The notes beneath the pieces are model-generated. The model did not search any database, was not told the origin of the DNA, and was given only the letters and a program-made list of their open reading frames with translations. A stretch of 64,000 nt of DNA, taken from assembly GCA_002633005.1 (NCBI GenBank), contig NMRA01000239.1, positions 424,195-488,194 of the forward strand. Reading direction: 5' to 3'. Every line of letters starts with the position of its first letter. The first letter of the stretch is position 1. The position numbers were made by a program, and so were the translations under genes. This DNA is from Phoronis australis. Lineage: Eukaryota > Animalia > Phoronida. Positions 23,524 to 38,009 of this stretch are shown here, one piece after another.

Positions 23524-25555
23524 CTGAAAAGTGGCAACGACTATGGCTACGTCGGTGAAGACTACATGTACAATGAGGATGAAAAGAACTTGAAATCTAT
23601 TATTAATTTCACATCCGTCGATCGGGTACAGTACCCATATTCTTGAAACCTGAGACGTAAGAGCAGCTAGTATGGAGTCATCACTAAGTCTTGGTTAACT
23701 GCGAACATACATGTAAATTCAAATAAACAACTTAACTAAGTGACATATTTGGAGAAATTGCATTTCACCACGTAGTGAAAGCGCTTTGAGGAGCATCACG
23801 TGGCAAAATCGAATAAAGAACTTAAAACTGAAGCAACAACGAATGCCAGAACGCCAAGGAATACGACGTCAACGCCCATGACACCAACGGCCAGCAAGAG
23901 ACCGCCAGTGACACTGGCATTGGCGACAACATCGATGATGACGTCACTTGCTCAACAACACTGGCGCCGATAAGAGCACAAAAAGACACGAATGCCGCTG
24001 ACAACGAGATCGCTGTCAGTGACATTGCCACTGCCTACTCTGCTTACTCTCTCTCAACAAGATACACGACAATCTTATAGCTGTTACAAATGTTAACAAG
24101 CCCCCCTGCAACTTCAGCCAGTCACGTGGAACTATTTGTTGATGCGTTTGCGGTTGTCGTTATTAAACCGAGCACAGGTAACAAAGAATTCAATGTTGCG
24201 GTCGATCACACCATTGATCTACTAAAAATAAATTACAACTGCAAATTTCAAGATTTCTTTCACATGATCTGTAGCCTTGGCAACTCTAATTGGCTATCGT
24301 TAGTACACATCAACTAACAACACAAAAATATCTCGCTGTAACATGTGTTTCAGTCTATATGACCACTTTCCTACGTTCACCTCACTATATGTCAGTATCA
24401 ATTACAAACCACAAATTCCAAAAATAATTTGAACACAACTATTTCCCAAACAACGAGCACAGTTTTTTAAATGAACTCAAATAGACTAATATCGATTATA
24501 TTTTCAGTCAAATTTACGCTCCCACCAGGACTCTAAATATTGTATTGTCTAATATCATCACTAAGTTGCAGGAAGAACACGTTCCCTACAAAAGAACTCC
24601 ATTGAAAAATTACACGCGCAAAACGAACCCTTGGATAACACAGGGACATCTTATTTCAATAAAAAGTTAACATTGGCGGCACAAAAAATAAAACTTATAT
24701 CCACACCTAGCCCATTACATGACGAATGAAATAGAGTCGTTATTACTCACAGTAAAACTTTGAAATTACTTATTCAAACTGCAAAGAACTTTACCTTCAT
24801 AAAGAACGAGATACAAGCAAGACATGGGATGCGATCAAGAGCATTTTCAAAACAAACACCAAGTCTGAAAAATTATCAGAATAAATAACGAAATAAACGT
24901 TAAATATATTTGATAAACGTCAACAGCTCATGAATTTAACAACATCTTTATAAATAGCGATCCATTAATAGTAATTACCAGTCCACACACACTCTAAAAT
25001 CGACTCTTTCTTATCCAGTCCTACGCAAACAAAATTAAAATTTCAAGCAGTAAATGAAAACAATATGAGAAATTCCCTGGGCAATACCAAATTTAAATCT
25101 ATTAAAGGATTTGACAACATTTCACCAAATTCACGATTACTCTGTTCATTATCAAATCACTCAGTACCATCATCAATCAATGTTTTGACACAGGTGATTT
25201 TCCAACTTCTTTGTAAATTGCCAAAGTTAAGGCCATATAAAAAGAAAATTATTTAGATTAACGCAGTATTAACAACATTTCTCTCTACTCAGTTCCTGCT
25301 TTCTCAAAATTATTCGAAAAATTTCTTTTGACTAGCTTCACGCTTACTACGTCGTACTGCAAACAACCTCTTCAATGAACATCAATGTGGCTTTTAAAAA
25401 ATAAGAACAATAGAATTTGCAACACTCGAACTAACTGCCATAATTAACGGATTTCTAGACAAAAGGATAAACTCAAACCCCATCTTACTAGACCTAAGAA
25501 AAGCTTTTGACACAACAGAACATGATATCTTGCTAAAAAATTTACGTGTTATGTT

Positions 25556-26374
25556 ACTGCAGGAGTAAAACATTTATTCTGCAAGACTCATTTAATCATT
25601 CGACGGCAATGTGTTGTATTTGACAATTCACCCTCCCAAAAATAATTCATCATCGGAAATGTACCCTGACGATCTATTCTTAGTCCCTTCCTTTTTCCTT
25701 TCCGTAAATGACCTCCACAAATCCATATCGTTTGATACCCTTATGTGTACTGATGATACACACCTTCGTCTACAAAACCAAAAAACAACAAAACTGAAAT
25801 CAATAATAAGCTATCAGACATATTCACATAGTTATCAATCAACAAATTGCTGTTAAATGTCATCAAAACAAGACCCAAGACATTCCACTTCCCTCAGAAA
25901 AGTAGCACAAACATTAAAACTTAAGATAACTATAAATATTCAAAATCTTTTGTTAACAAGTACGNACTGCTGGAGTAAAACATTTATTCTGCAAGACTCA
26001 TTTAATCATTCGACGGCAATGTGTTGTATTTGACAATTCACCCTCCCAAAAATAATTCATCATCGGAAATGTACCCCGACGATCTATTCTTAGTCCCTTC
26101 CTTTTTCCTTTCCGTAAATGACCTCCACAAATCCATATCGTTTGATACCCTTATGTGTACTGATGATACACACCTTCGTCTACAAAACCAAAAAACAACA
26201 AAACTGAAATCAATAATAAGCTATCAGACATATTCACATAGTTATCAATCAACAAATTGCTGTTAAATGTCATCAAAACAAGACCCAAGACATTCCACTT
26301 CCCTCAGAAAAGTAGCACAAACATTAAAACTTAAGATAACTATAAATATTCAAAATCTTTTGTTAACAAGTACG
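25556..26374. repeat. 409-bp tandem duplication joined by a single N (probable assembly artefact)
   Basis: 25556-25964 and 25966-26374 are near identical (two mismatches seen); N at 25965. Confidence 0.9.
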
Positions 26375-27179
26375 TCTTTGGGAATATCGATGGACAGTTA
26401 TTTGTCCTGATCTGAACACATTAATGTGGTGGGAACAAAAATTACACAAACCTTTGGCGTACTAAATCAACTCAAGAAATATCTGCCTTTAGTCGAGTTC
26501 ACGACTATTTAGTACTCCTTGATCTACACTCACTTACTTTGTGGCATCATAAAACGAGGATTTAAAACTTTCGGCAGATGACAATTCTTTCAGAAACAAG
26601 TCATGACAATGATCCCCATCGCACACTACTTTGCGTACACAAATTCAAATAGCAAATTACTGAAAATACCTCTATTTGATGATACTCACAATACATGTAT
26701 ATCCTACTTGGTAATATATTACTAGTCTTTTCGCCACTAACCTCCACATTGCTTCCGAAAGAATTTCATTTGTTATGACAACCGAAACAGCGGACCAATT
26801 AGAATTTCTCATTCGCTAGATCTCTGAGGAAACTTAAAGGTTACTTATCGCAACTACATACACATACGAAAGACTCCATTTTACAAATCAGTCACGACAA
26901 CTCACTGTTCACGTTTTCGCGTTCCTAGAGTCATCAATGAAAATACAATACTCTCTTCAGTTCTAGATAAGATAAACACTCACCCACTTGCTAGACTTTC
27001 AAGATACAAGATACATTTGGTATTGACCACCGGTGACCTGGTGCTGGGAATTCGAATACATGGGTTTTAGGCAGTAAGCGAGGTCACGTTTGCGAAAGTC
27101 ACCCACCCACCTTTGTTCCAGATACGTAATTGTGAGCCTAACTCGCATTAAACACTAGTAAAGAAAACAAAAGAAAATT

Positions 27180-27570
27180 GCGAACGTTATCAACTTTCTG
27201 CAACGTAGCCAATGAAAATGTGCATTGGAATGTGTACGACATTTTACAAAAATATCCAGCCGACGTTGATAATCTTAGGGTTAACTGCAGCTTTCTCATG
27301 GTTACACGGATAACCCCGATTGCGCTGGCGAAAAAGTTTTTGCAAAAATTGAAGTCAGCGTTCCCAAACGTGGAATCTGTGTTGCGAATGTTTTTGAGTG
27401 TTATGGTCCTAACTGCTCCGCAGAAAGGTCATTTTAACAGCTTAAAGGAATAAACAGTGTACCGAGACCAACGATATTGCAAGAAAAACTACAATCAATA
27501 GCCATGATGGGCATAGAATGGTAACATTTATGAAATCTTGATTACGAAGATCATGAGCTTTCCGCAGTAA
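27180..27570 (+). mobile_element. hAT transposase C-terminal dimerization domain remnant
   Basis: LKSAFPNVESVLRMFLSVMV / NCSAERSF*QLKGI...TILQEKLQSIAMMGIE. Confidence 0.8.
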
Positions 27571-30500
27571 AATAAAAAAAACTGAACTTCGCAAAATCAT
27601 AAGAAGAACAAATAAATTGCCGTATAACGTTTAACATACATAAAAGCTAATTGTGTGCATTCGGATAAATGCTCACTGGGTTATATTGAGAACATTTCCG
27701 GCAGCAATGCATTGGTTATTTGAAATTTTCAATTGTTTACTTGATTCCGATTTGTATTTAGGTTACAAGAACTGAATCACGGAAGTCTTCATAAGTTACA
27801 TCGGATCAGTCAGTGGGCAGTTTTGGGCCCCGCAAACCCCTAAAGACACCAAAACAACTGCGTTTTCAACATAACTACTGAAGAATAGCACTGTACGAAC
27901 CTGTTGCACAGTGCAATTCTTGTCCGCACAGCGTAGTTACTTAGAGAAACCCAAAAGTTAATGATTTTATTCGACTTCAGCCGAGTCAATTCTAAAAACA
28001 GGCTTACGTGGTTACATAATCGAGGGTGATGCCAGACCAAGGAAACAGGTGTGCTATAGCAATAAAGCTCACTGGCTATACGCAGTCAACCTCCAAAATT
28101 TTTTCTTTCAATTCCATTTAGCATAACTCAATTGCTTTTTGCCAAGGAAATGTTGAGACCTGGGTGTCAAAGATGACGAAATCAAAACAAAATACTACAG
28201 TTTTCATTTTTTATTTCCTGCAGTGAGTAGGAAGGACATAACCTTTTAATTGAACCACATTTATAATTGAAATTTAAGTGGAGGTGACAATCTCAATGAT
28301 AGAATTACAAGAACACTTGAAATGGAAGTCTTTTGAACTTGATTTTCAACTGGATAGTGTTTTTTAAATTCATGTGCTAATCTATTGAAATAATAATGAA
28401 TCCAAGGCAGCAATAAATGTTGCCTGAAGATGGCAACTAGTGAACATGTTATTTCGGGCGTTCATTATGGCAAGCTAATTCTATAATACTTTGGTCACTG
28501 AATCATCTAAATGAAAGAACAAATCAGAGGACGATTATGATTTAATCATTAGGCACTCCACAGTTCAAATTAAAATCAATTACTTTCAGTCGGAACTATG
28601 TATTTGGTTTCTACAGTGAAATACTTTCAAGGTAGTTGAGGGTTACATCTACTGTACATAAGTAAACACTGAAATAATCTCAGTACAGTTAATATGTAAG
28701 CAAATATGATCTAACTTTTTACCAAAATAAGTAACTTAGAATGCACAGTACGTTAGAACATTTAAGCATTAAAAACTTTACCCAACAACACATGACAAAT
28801 TTACATGATATGAAAGTGGACATGCCTAACTATTACCATGGCGATCGGGTGTTTCCGTACACTAGAATTAGACAAGGATGATTAAAAAGGTGCAAGAAAC
28901 AAGGATTGGAGGCTTAAAGCTTCACAATCCTACATAGCCTATTTCTTTAATTAAGAGTAACTTGAAGTAAGAACGCAATAAGTTACAAAATATCAATTAA
29001 AAACGCAATTTAAACGTAGAATGTTGAAAAAATACGAATTATATTGTGACACATAGTCAAACCTTGAAGAGCAATTGACTTTCAAACAAAAAACGATTTC
29101 AAAACTTATTTTTTAGCTGAGTATAAAATCAACTGAATGGGATATTCACTGTAGAACATTTAGAATATTCCTTATATGTTTTGCACAGAAACGTAAAAAC
29201 AGGGCAAAGTTGCTATTTTATAGCAACATTCATCAAATTGTATCAAAGTTAAAGTTTCACCAATTATAAAATAGCTGACTGAACATGCCTTTCAGTTCAG
29301 CAAAAGTAGCCATGTTGCCAGTGCCTCTGGAATTGTGACATACATGTAGTCCAACGGGAACTGTGAGTACTTTTGGCACTCAATACGTAACATCTGCGTG
29401 GCTGAAATCTGGTGAATCGCTCAGAATAGTAAGTAAAGATATTTCTATTGAGTGGGATGCATTATCTTTCCAGTTATGTTGAAGTATTTTTGCAAAACGA
29501 AAAAAAATTGGTTCGACCGCTCTACCCTTACTTTTCATTCAGTCGAGCTAGCGATCGAGGCTAAAATTCAATGGATAGCAGCGACAGGTAAAGAAAACCA
29601 AGTTATTCAGTACATCCTCGTTCAAACACTTTTTTGCAAAAAATCCTAATTCAAAACAAAATCAATCTACTTGCTACTTCTAGCACTAATCCTTTCCGAC
29701 AGTGTTCGTTGATGCGAACCGCCATTTTAAATTTTAGGTTACAAGAGTAGCCCAAGACTTACTAGCTTCCGCAAAGCGACAACATGTACAGTTTCGAATA
29801 CTCTTTTTAAAATTTTAAAAAAGTTCACTGATCGATCTTGGTTTACAACCATTCTTGGATTGCTGGCTGTAGTCCTCGATGCAATCTGCAGAAAAATGTT
29901 CGCTACACGTTACCGAATACGGCGATGCTCCATTCGTGGACTTAAGAAATTCTTACCACCTACGACGCAGTCTTGGATCAGTGGGAAACTTGCGGCGAAT
30001 TGTCACAGCCTCCAACTATACAACGGTCTGTCATTCTTCTTCAAACATTTATTCCAATTTAATTTAAATATCTGTCTAAATTCGAAAAAATACAACAAAA
30101 GTACTCCTCTTTGCACACAACAGACAACACGCAACTATGAACAGACTCGGCAATGATCGTGCCACGTCCTTGGTATGAGGTATTTTCTGAAGATAGCCAA
30201 AGATGGAAATTTTCTGTTCTCAAAACTTTGTGGGAAGTGAGAGCGTTTTTTAAACGAATTATAGACGAATATACGGGATGAAACAAAAAGAAATGTGGTT
30301 CACAAGCAAACTTTATTAACAGTCAACCCATGTGTATACATATTAACAACAATTAAATAGCTCTCAATCCCTCTCTTTAATCCTGCACTGACCAGTGGCT
30401 TGCTTTCCAAGTGCCTTTTCTGGGGGTACTTTCACACCTCTATCGTGACGCAACTTACACGTATATAATAAAATTTGAACATTACCCGTGTAGAGATCGA

Positions 30501-31546
30501 TTAGAAGCTGTCAGATTGATGATGAATGTTCACGTGAAATTTTTTTCAATTTAAGGTCGATAATAGGGTTATCCCAGGTTACGCAGAGACACTTGAATCT
30601 TGCTGTATTTACCCTCAATGTTGCAATTCACCTCAAGCACTTCTGCAGCCTCGTTTCTGTGCCATTGGAGTTCAACACGTTCTTTGTTTTTGTCGTATTC
30701 TCGTCCTTCTAATGCCTGAAAAGTATTACTGCTCTGCTTTGGGCCGCAACTCCAACTCGACAAAATTGGACAAACTTGACAAATATCCGTGTAGGTCTGG
30801 GTTTTAAAAGTTATTCGCCTTCCTGACATCAATCAAACACAAAACGACTGAACAAATGAAGATCGTCGGGTTAATTTTGAACCGCACAGATACGTTTTCA
30901 ATCCCGCTACTTTTTTGAACACTTCAAACTGTGAACATCTGCACTGCCACAAACCTCGACTGTTTCCGATATGACCTGTGAAAATGTGCCTGAAATTCTA
31001 AAACAAAACCAATGAAAACAACTCGTTTTCCTACCTCAAGGACAAAGGAGAGTTCTATCACTGTGTAATCATGGACGGTCATATTGTCAGTGAGGTTGCT
31101 AAACAAGCTTTGTAATCTCAATATCTAAAACTGGTAATTTAAATTCAAATCAATGTACCCAGTGGCTATCTTTTGAGTCAAACTGTTTCTTGTATAAAAA
31201 CCAATATATCAAACACATTCAAATGCGTTGTACGCTGTCAGCGAAAAAGAATCACGTTATTCCCCAAAGACGTATCCTTAAGAGCGGCGACTAATTAAAC
31301 ATGCGAGTAACAACTTTAACAATTAGGAAATGATAAAACATCAATAAAATTATGATTTATATCATACAGCCACTGGGCACATCGCTTTGAATTTAAATTG
31401 CCACTTTCAAATATTAAGAGATTACAAAGTCGCAGGTGTGTGTCTTTGAAATGACGTGAACAATACGCAAGTAAGGGCCTAAATATGTTAGCTACAACAT
31501 TTTGCAAATCTGGTAATTAGCATGTTGTACAGACAATTTTCTACAT

Positions 31547-31740
31547 ACAGTAAACCTCGGTTAAAGTCGGACGTGCTTAAGTCGGACGTGCTTAAGTCGG
31601 ACGTGCTTAAGTCGGACGTGCTTAAGTCGGACGAGCTTAAGTCGGATATTCGCTCAATTCGAATAAAGCTCTGTGGAACGGTTGACCAAGCATTAATTCC
31701 TTAATAAAGTCCTACGTGTAAGAATTCTTAAGTCGAAGGA
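31547..31740 (+). mobile_element. pogo/Tigger-like terminus with a 15-bp tandem array
   Basis: TA|CAGTAAACCTCGGTTA followed by (aagtcggacgtgctt) x ~6. Confidence 0.65.
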
Positions 31741-31980
31741 ACAATTGACCAAAATACCCCCTTTTTACCTCGGAATCCGCCATAGAATATTTTCTCTTAA
31801 AAATCGCCGAACATTCATGTACATGTATGACTTTTAATAATTTATTGACAGATCGCAAGTGGAGTCTTCGCTTATGTTCACATTGGATACAGTATGCAAA
31901 TACTTTGAATTAAGTGAACAGCAATTAGTGAACGAGGCTCATTCACGCTGCCGCACAGCTCACTGAAACACCAGCCTGCC

Positions 31981-32126
31981 GTTCAGAAACGCTAGGACCT
32001 CGCTAAAAAGCAAGACTTCGCGAGATTACGTGAGATATTGCCGTGAATTTCAAATGAGAGCACATGACTTTGACTAGGTTCTAGCTAGGTCCTAGCGTAG
32101 GTCCTAGCGTCTACTGAACGCACGCC
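31981..32126. mobile_element. MITE family A, copy 4
   Basis: gttcagaaacgctaggacctcgctaaaaagcaagacttcgcgag...ctactgaac. Confidence 0.8.
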
Positions 32127-33499
32127 CGGTTTATTAGCACAAACATTTTGCGTATCCGCGGGTTAGCTGATGAATACTTCCCTCTCCAGCATATCTGAAC
32201 AATATTCTATTGTTTGAAGTTGATTATTAATGCCATAGCGATACATCGCAACAGAACAGACCTAAAATTTCAGAGGCACACTCGTGAAACTTGTACGCGC
32301 GAATAAAGCCACAGTCAGATCGAGATTATTATTTCTCACCGCGAGTTTACCAAAGTTGTCACTAAAAATGCAAGGGGGAGGGCGCAGAAAAAACGAAATA
32401 ACTGCTCCGCAGTCGCCATCAAGTTAGCGTGGTAAGAAGGCATTCCTGAGTGCCTCAGTTGGTTTTTGCTAGTACGGATTTTTGACATTTTTTCCTTTCA
32501 CCAACAGCCGGAATACCTGGGCGGCGGTAATAAAAAGCTGTAAGGGGGAATTGTTTTTTCCAAAATCAGGGCGACAAATTGGTAACTTAATCGGTAAGTT
32601 CTAAAATATCGCCTTGGGTGCATGTTTGGAGCACACGACCAGATACTCTCGTGGTTTCAGGAATGAGAGGACATTCATTCGGTTGGTTATAAATACCAAT
32701 TTATGCACCCAAAAGACCTTCGTGTGTCCTGTGCGCTTGTCGCCAAAAATTACACCACTTCGTCACAAGGGGGCGTCCACATTTAATCTCTGAACGATGA
32801 CTAATCTCGGAGTAGAACAGCGGCACTTCTACAAAAATCTACGGAATAGGTCTATATCAATTTAACAAAAGATCAGTTGATAATGTAAAAAAGGTAGTTA
32901 CAGCGCTTGAGTTATTCCACAAACACCGGCTGAAAAACGTACTTTTCGAGACAATTGTAAGTAGGTGTAAGCACGCTGTGCTTCCCGCAAACGCAGTCCG
33001 AGGCCAAGGCAAAGCTGCGAACAAAAGCACAGGCTCAAGGTCAAGTTTTGTTAGCGGCAAGTTGGGGATGAGAGCTTACCCGAGAGGTGGGCGCATAAGT
33101 GGAAATTTGCACAAAGGTTAAGTGATAAAATGACCTATAAGAAGAAACAAATTGTAAAAAATAAGTGCCGGGAAGATTATTTTTTAGTAACCTTAATCAT
33201 TTAAATTGGGGAATAATTTCTTGACTTTTACACATAGGGTTGTACAACTGAAATCCGCCATGATAACTATTTAAGTTACTTGAATTCAGAGTTTTGAGTT
33301 TGTTTTGAAAATTTCGTCGCCAATTCACCGCTCACAAGGACAATTTAATGGATCCAAGGAAACACAAGGCTTCGGAGGTTTATGCAATACCAGTCTGAAG
33401 GAGGTTCACAAAGATTGCATTTGGATTTGAGACAGTCGGCAGTTTTAGTGTCCAACTTTTATGTTTCTTATATGTGGTTATGAGTCATCGGGAACTTCG

Positions 33500-34800
33500 A
33501 GCGCCTGTGGTTCCACCGAAGAGCTTTTCACCACTTGGTGAAAGAGATATAAATCAAACGAATGAATGGGAGGAGTATTCTTCTTTAATGTGTTAGTACT
33601 AACAAAATCAAATTCCTTTGACACGTTTTCAAAGCCGCAAACGATCATACCGGTTACATTTCGCCTCTTTTTGCCTTCCTCTAGCAACAACGAATCAAAT
33701 CGTCTGCCATCTTCTACCGTTAGCTTTTGACCTAATGACGTCATGTAGTGACCTAAATACCAGCCAGTGAGCCCAGTGAATGGTTTAGTCCATGAGCTCA
33801 CCGGTAGGTTAAAAATTGCAAATGGCGGATTGATATTCGAAAAGTAAACAATCGAACCTTCTTGAATAAGTTCTTCTAACGGGCTTGATTCCGTGAAGTT
33901 ATATTCGCTGTATTATTTCTGATTGTAAATTTATTCACGCGATTGCAATTTTGACGCATGCAGGTTAAGGTTTGACTTGCAATTCGAGTGTAATTTGAAT
34001 GGAACTTGATTCTACACTTTCAACTTCCAACCCTGTTTAAGGGTTGCTTTACCAACTACAAAAATCGGAAAATTATGCAAGAAAATTATGTTTATTAGAT
34101 CGTTTTTCACTCATTACGGATACAACGGGCAAGTTAAGTGTCGCTTGAGTCCCAGATTTTGCATGCACCCCACCGGTCGTTAATTCTACAAGCTGATATG
34201 AGCTTCACGACGAGGTGACCTACCCAAGCGGTGTGAAATTTTGCTAAGTAACAGGGTTAGAAGTCCGCACAGTGAAAGTTTAGTATCAAGTGCCATACAT
34301 ATCACACGAGAATTGCACATCAAATATTAACATGAAAACGTTGAAACTGAGGTCGCGTGAGCATATTTATTTCCAGAATTAACACGGCAAATATAACTGC
34401 ACGAAAATCAAGCCCTTCAAAAGAACTTATTTACTAAAAATTGGGCTTTCCGGTATTTGCTTGTCACTCCGCCATTTATATTTTTAAGCCACCGATGAAC
34501 TCGTGAACTGAAGCATACATGTACACTAGGCTCATTGGCTGGCATTCAGGTTATTACATGACGTCATTATATAAAAAGGGTAGAAGATGGCAGACGACTT
34601 TATTCGTTGCTATTAGAGGAAGGCAAAAAGAGGCGATATATTTGCGGTAAAACGTTTGCGGTTTTCTAAACGTGTCAAGGGAATTTGATTTCGTTAGTAC
34701 TAACACACTGAACAAGAGTTTCCTCCCATTCTTTTGGTCTATATCCATTTCACCAAGCAGTGAAAAGCATTCCGGTGGTCCTTCAGCTCTGTTTAAAATC
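33500..34800. repeat. Inverted pair of ~520-bp repeat family C (33500-34040 and 34252-34790)
   Basis: gttagtactaacaaaatcaaattcctttgacacg / cgtctgccatcttctacc are mirrored by ggtagaagatggcagacg...cgtgtcaagggaatttgatttcgttagtactaac. Confidence 0.85.
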
Positions 34801-35588
34801 TGAGTACTGGCTAAGTTGGAGTTTAACAAACAGTAGTTCTTAGATATAATTTGTCGATAGGCGCAAAAAATTCATTGAGGCACTGTTTCCTCGCCTCTGA
34901 TCAGTTAGCTCATGTTGTCTCAGCAATCACGCCTTGCCCTTCCTTACCACAGAAACAATTACGTACCAATACAGGCTCGTAGGAAGGGAAAAATTATTGG
35001 GTGGGGGCGGGGGGACAAACCAATTCAACTTCGCCAAATTACCCCCCTTTCTATCGCCCCCACATCCGTGTCCCCCCTTCTTCGGATGCCGCCATATTTG
35101 TACCGAACCTCCTACGTCCGGCATAGGTGTGGGGGGGGGCAATCCCGGGGATACAGCCATCAGTATTTGAGTAACCGTGCACCAAAAAAGTTTCACGGAG
35201 AGTAAAAATGGGCTTAAGGACAGCGCACTGACGGGTAGCTGCACGGGGGCTGCCTCAAGTAACTGTAGCGAGATCTAACAGTCTGAAAATACAAAATTCG
35301 ATGAACTGAAGCTAATCGCTGGAAGCTAAGTTATACTTCACTCGAGACAGGCAGCGTAGCTCGTACTTATCCGTCTGCGCAGGTCAAGATTCGTTTTACT
35401 ATGATCCAATTTCAAGAAAAGTTCGTTATATTACTATCCAATTTCGGGAAAGTTCGTTTTATTATGGCCGTTCATTGAAGGCAGTTTTGGAAAAGGTGGA
35501 TTCCGGGTTCTCTGGTACAGTGCATTTGGGACTGTTTCAAAATTCCTTGTTGAAACATGGCCGGTAGTCCAGTTTGTGGTGGCTGGGT

Positions 35589-35676
35589 AAAATGATGAGA
35601 GTGTGTACGTGTACCAAAATGATTCAGAGTGTGTACGTGTACCAAAATGATACAGAGTGTGTACTTGTACCAGAAT
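35589..35676. repeat. Minisatellite, ~28 bp x 3
   Basis: aaaatgattcagagtgtgtacgtgtacc units. Confidence 0.85.
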
Positions 35677-38009
35677 GTACAAATTTCAACGTCTGGAGTT
35701 CAAATTCAATTCCTGTGGATCACCCAGTCTCTGCGCAGGCCTACTGCATGGTTTCACCGTATTTTTAACGTGGGTGCGTCAGTCATGAGATGTACCGTAT
35801 GCGTACTGTGCATGGGAATGACAAGCAAACGATTCAGTTTTGACTAACAAAAATTCATTGCGAAACTAAACACATCAAGGAAGTGCAAAACAACCTTTCC
35901 AAGTTAATGAGCAATGAATTTAATTTCATTTATTTAATGACTGAAACTTCTTTTTTCGATCGGAGTTTGTGAATTTGAACCACTAATCTAGTTCCTAAGT
36001 GAATAAACAATTTATTGTCATTTGCATTGTGAGAACATTTTGGTACACTTTGTAGAGCTGCCCGTCATTCATCAATATCCTTGAGACTTATTTCAGATAG
36101 ACAAAAATTGTTTAGTGTACTTCGCTATTTGGGTATCTGATGATAGGTCGAATTTTCCCTAGTACGCCTCGTGAATACTTGGCAGTGTAAGATTTACATG
36201 TATAGAAGGACAAAGGGGCAATTCCCCCCAACCACCCCACCGAGAGAGGATCCCGTCTGAAAAAGGACACCTTAAGATGAAAGGCTACACATAATTAAGT
36301 TTGGAAAAGACTAACAGTTCATTCCGTCGTCGTGTGGTCCTGAAATAAGAGACCTTCCTCAACATCAAAACCGGTTGTAAGATTTCACAAGCAACAGGGG
36401 AATAGAGATAATCGATACCAATATTGGACCTTCTTTCCGTGAGAGGTCCTTTAAGAATTTGTCGATAAAAACACAAAAAGGGTGGCCAATTGAATGTCAT
36501 CAATAGCCCCTTCAATGTCTGGGCCCCTAAATATGAAAAGATCTATATTTTCAAAGATCAGGAAATGTGCAGCAATTGATGTTATCCGCCAGGTCATCAA
36601 TTTTTCTCAAGTGACAAACAATTTCAAGAAAAAAAACAACGAAAAATAGGGTCACAGTTTGGTCCGTTATCCCTTGCCAAAGAGGGGTCTCTGGAAAATA
36701 TAGTTTTGTATTCGCAAATTTGTATTATTGAATTTAAAATTTTTCTCGATTTTTCGAAATACATGTATGAATAATTAAGGGCACTTTTCAAGTGCGTTTA
36801 GACGACCTATGGTGCAAAATAGGAGACCCTAACAACAATGTCCTGGCCAGGGCCCTCAAAGGGTAAACCATGCGCTGAAACCGAGTTGGCAAATGTTCTC
36901 TTGAATTTTCTCTCTTATCCGTATTCGCAGTCTTTCTTTTCTTGACTGTCCCCATCCCCACGCCTATGTCGATTGCCACGAGTTAACGCTGACGGCTGCA
37001 AATTTTTTGGGGGCACGTGCCCCCCCGTTTCCTACGACCCTGTAATGTCCGAGCAAAACAAATGATCAAAACAACAAATTCAAAGTAAGCAAGCAAAAGG
37101 GTTGTCTAACCACTGTGAAAATAAATTCATACTGTGAATACGCGTGTTTGCGGTGTACGTCTACACCAATCACTAATCCAAACGAGAATAGCAGACGAAC
37201 TTAGTGCGTGAAAAATGCCATTGAAGAAAAAATATGAATAGAACGATAGCAAAAACTGGCGAAAGTTATTACGATTAACGTACATATGAGTTAATAGTTG
37301 TAAATGTTAACTGCAAGTTCTGTTAAAATTAGTTTACGAAATTCAGCATTGTCCGACAGCGTCTTGCCCAGCAGTGTACCAGTGTAACTGTGGAAGTCCC
37401 CACATGAACGTTCATGTTTTGTCAATTAACGCAGGAGATCTGCTGAGCTCGAGGACTAATCGAAATCGATATCGAAATTATTTCTACGTTTGTACACGCC
37501 AAAATAAGTGCTATTATTCTGTGTTCGTGTATATTATGGTTTATACATATGCGTCTCCAATCCAGGTTCGCAACCGACAACCCCTAGATTGGAGCTACAA
37601 ACTCGAGTAAAAATTCAAGATTTCGAGTAAAAGCTCGACATCCGAGATCAGCTTCAAACTGTTAGGAATAATTTTGGAGTCATCAAATTCAAGCTAAGAT
37701 GAAACGGTTATTCTGTACATGTCATGGAGAATAGAAAAATAGTCATTTTTCTTGAAAGACAGCAGTGTACCCACCGTCGACACCTTTTTACCGTATTTTG
37801 CACTTCCATGTAAATTGTGACGTATTTCCGGAAAAGTATACTGATTGTAGTAAAACGTTTTCCTCGGCTATCGAATGATGTTACCTAAGAGGAAACCAGT
37901 CAAGAGACTAAAGCTTTACAAGCGATAGACGACAACTCGCTTAGCTCACAAGTGTGACTGTACCCACCATCGACACTCTTCAACACAACGTCTACAAAAG
38001 TTAATACTT

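Larger units (their letters stand above)
22700..27010 (+). mobile_element. Old, near full-length CR1/L2-like LINE (ORF1-like, endonuclease and RT remnants)
   Basis: A-rich + strand with broken motifs PWITQG, GFDNISP, SKLFEK, FNEHQCGF, LDLRKAFDT.EHDILLKNL, MCTDDT and GISMDSYLS; many stops and frameshifts. Confidence 0.8.

Noticed and set aside
25611-26266. Two identical 81-aa ORFs as duplicated genes
   Set aside because: Decayed LINE RT sequence duplicated by a probable assembly artefact.
29800-31120. Coding-like fragments on both strands
   Set aside because: Short, stop-ridden and without a recognisable motif; probably TE debris but not supportable.
31563-31650. ORF with (LKSDV)n peptide repeat
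   Set aside because: It is the translation of a subterminal tandem repeat of a pogo-like end.
32338-32420. Candidate opsin exon 1 (MATAEQLFRFFCALPLAFLVTTL)
   Set aside because: Available donors are phase 0 or 2 but phase 1 is needed, and there is no opsin similarity. A similar candidate at ~37380-37415 also fails on phase.
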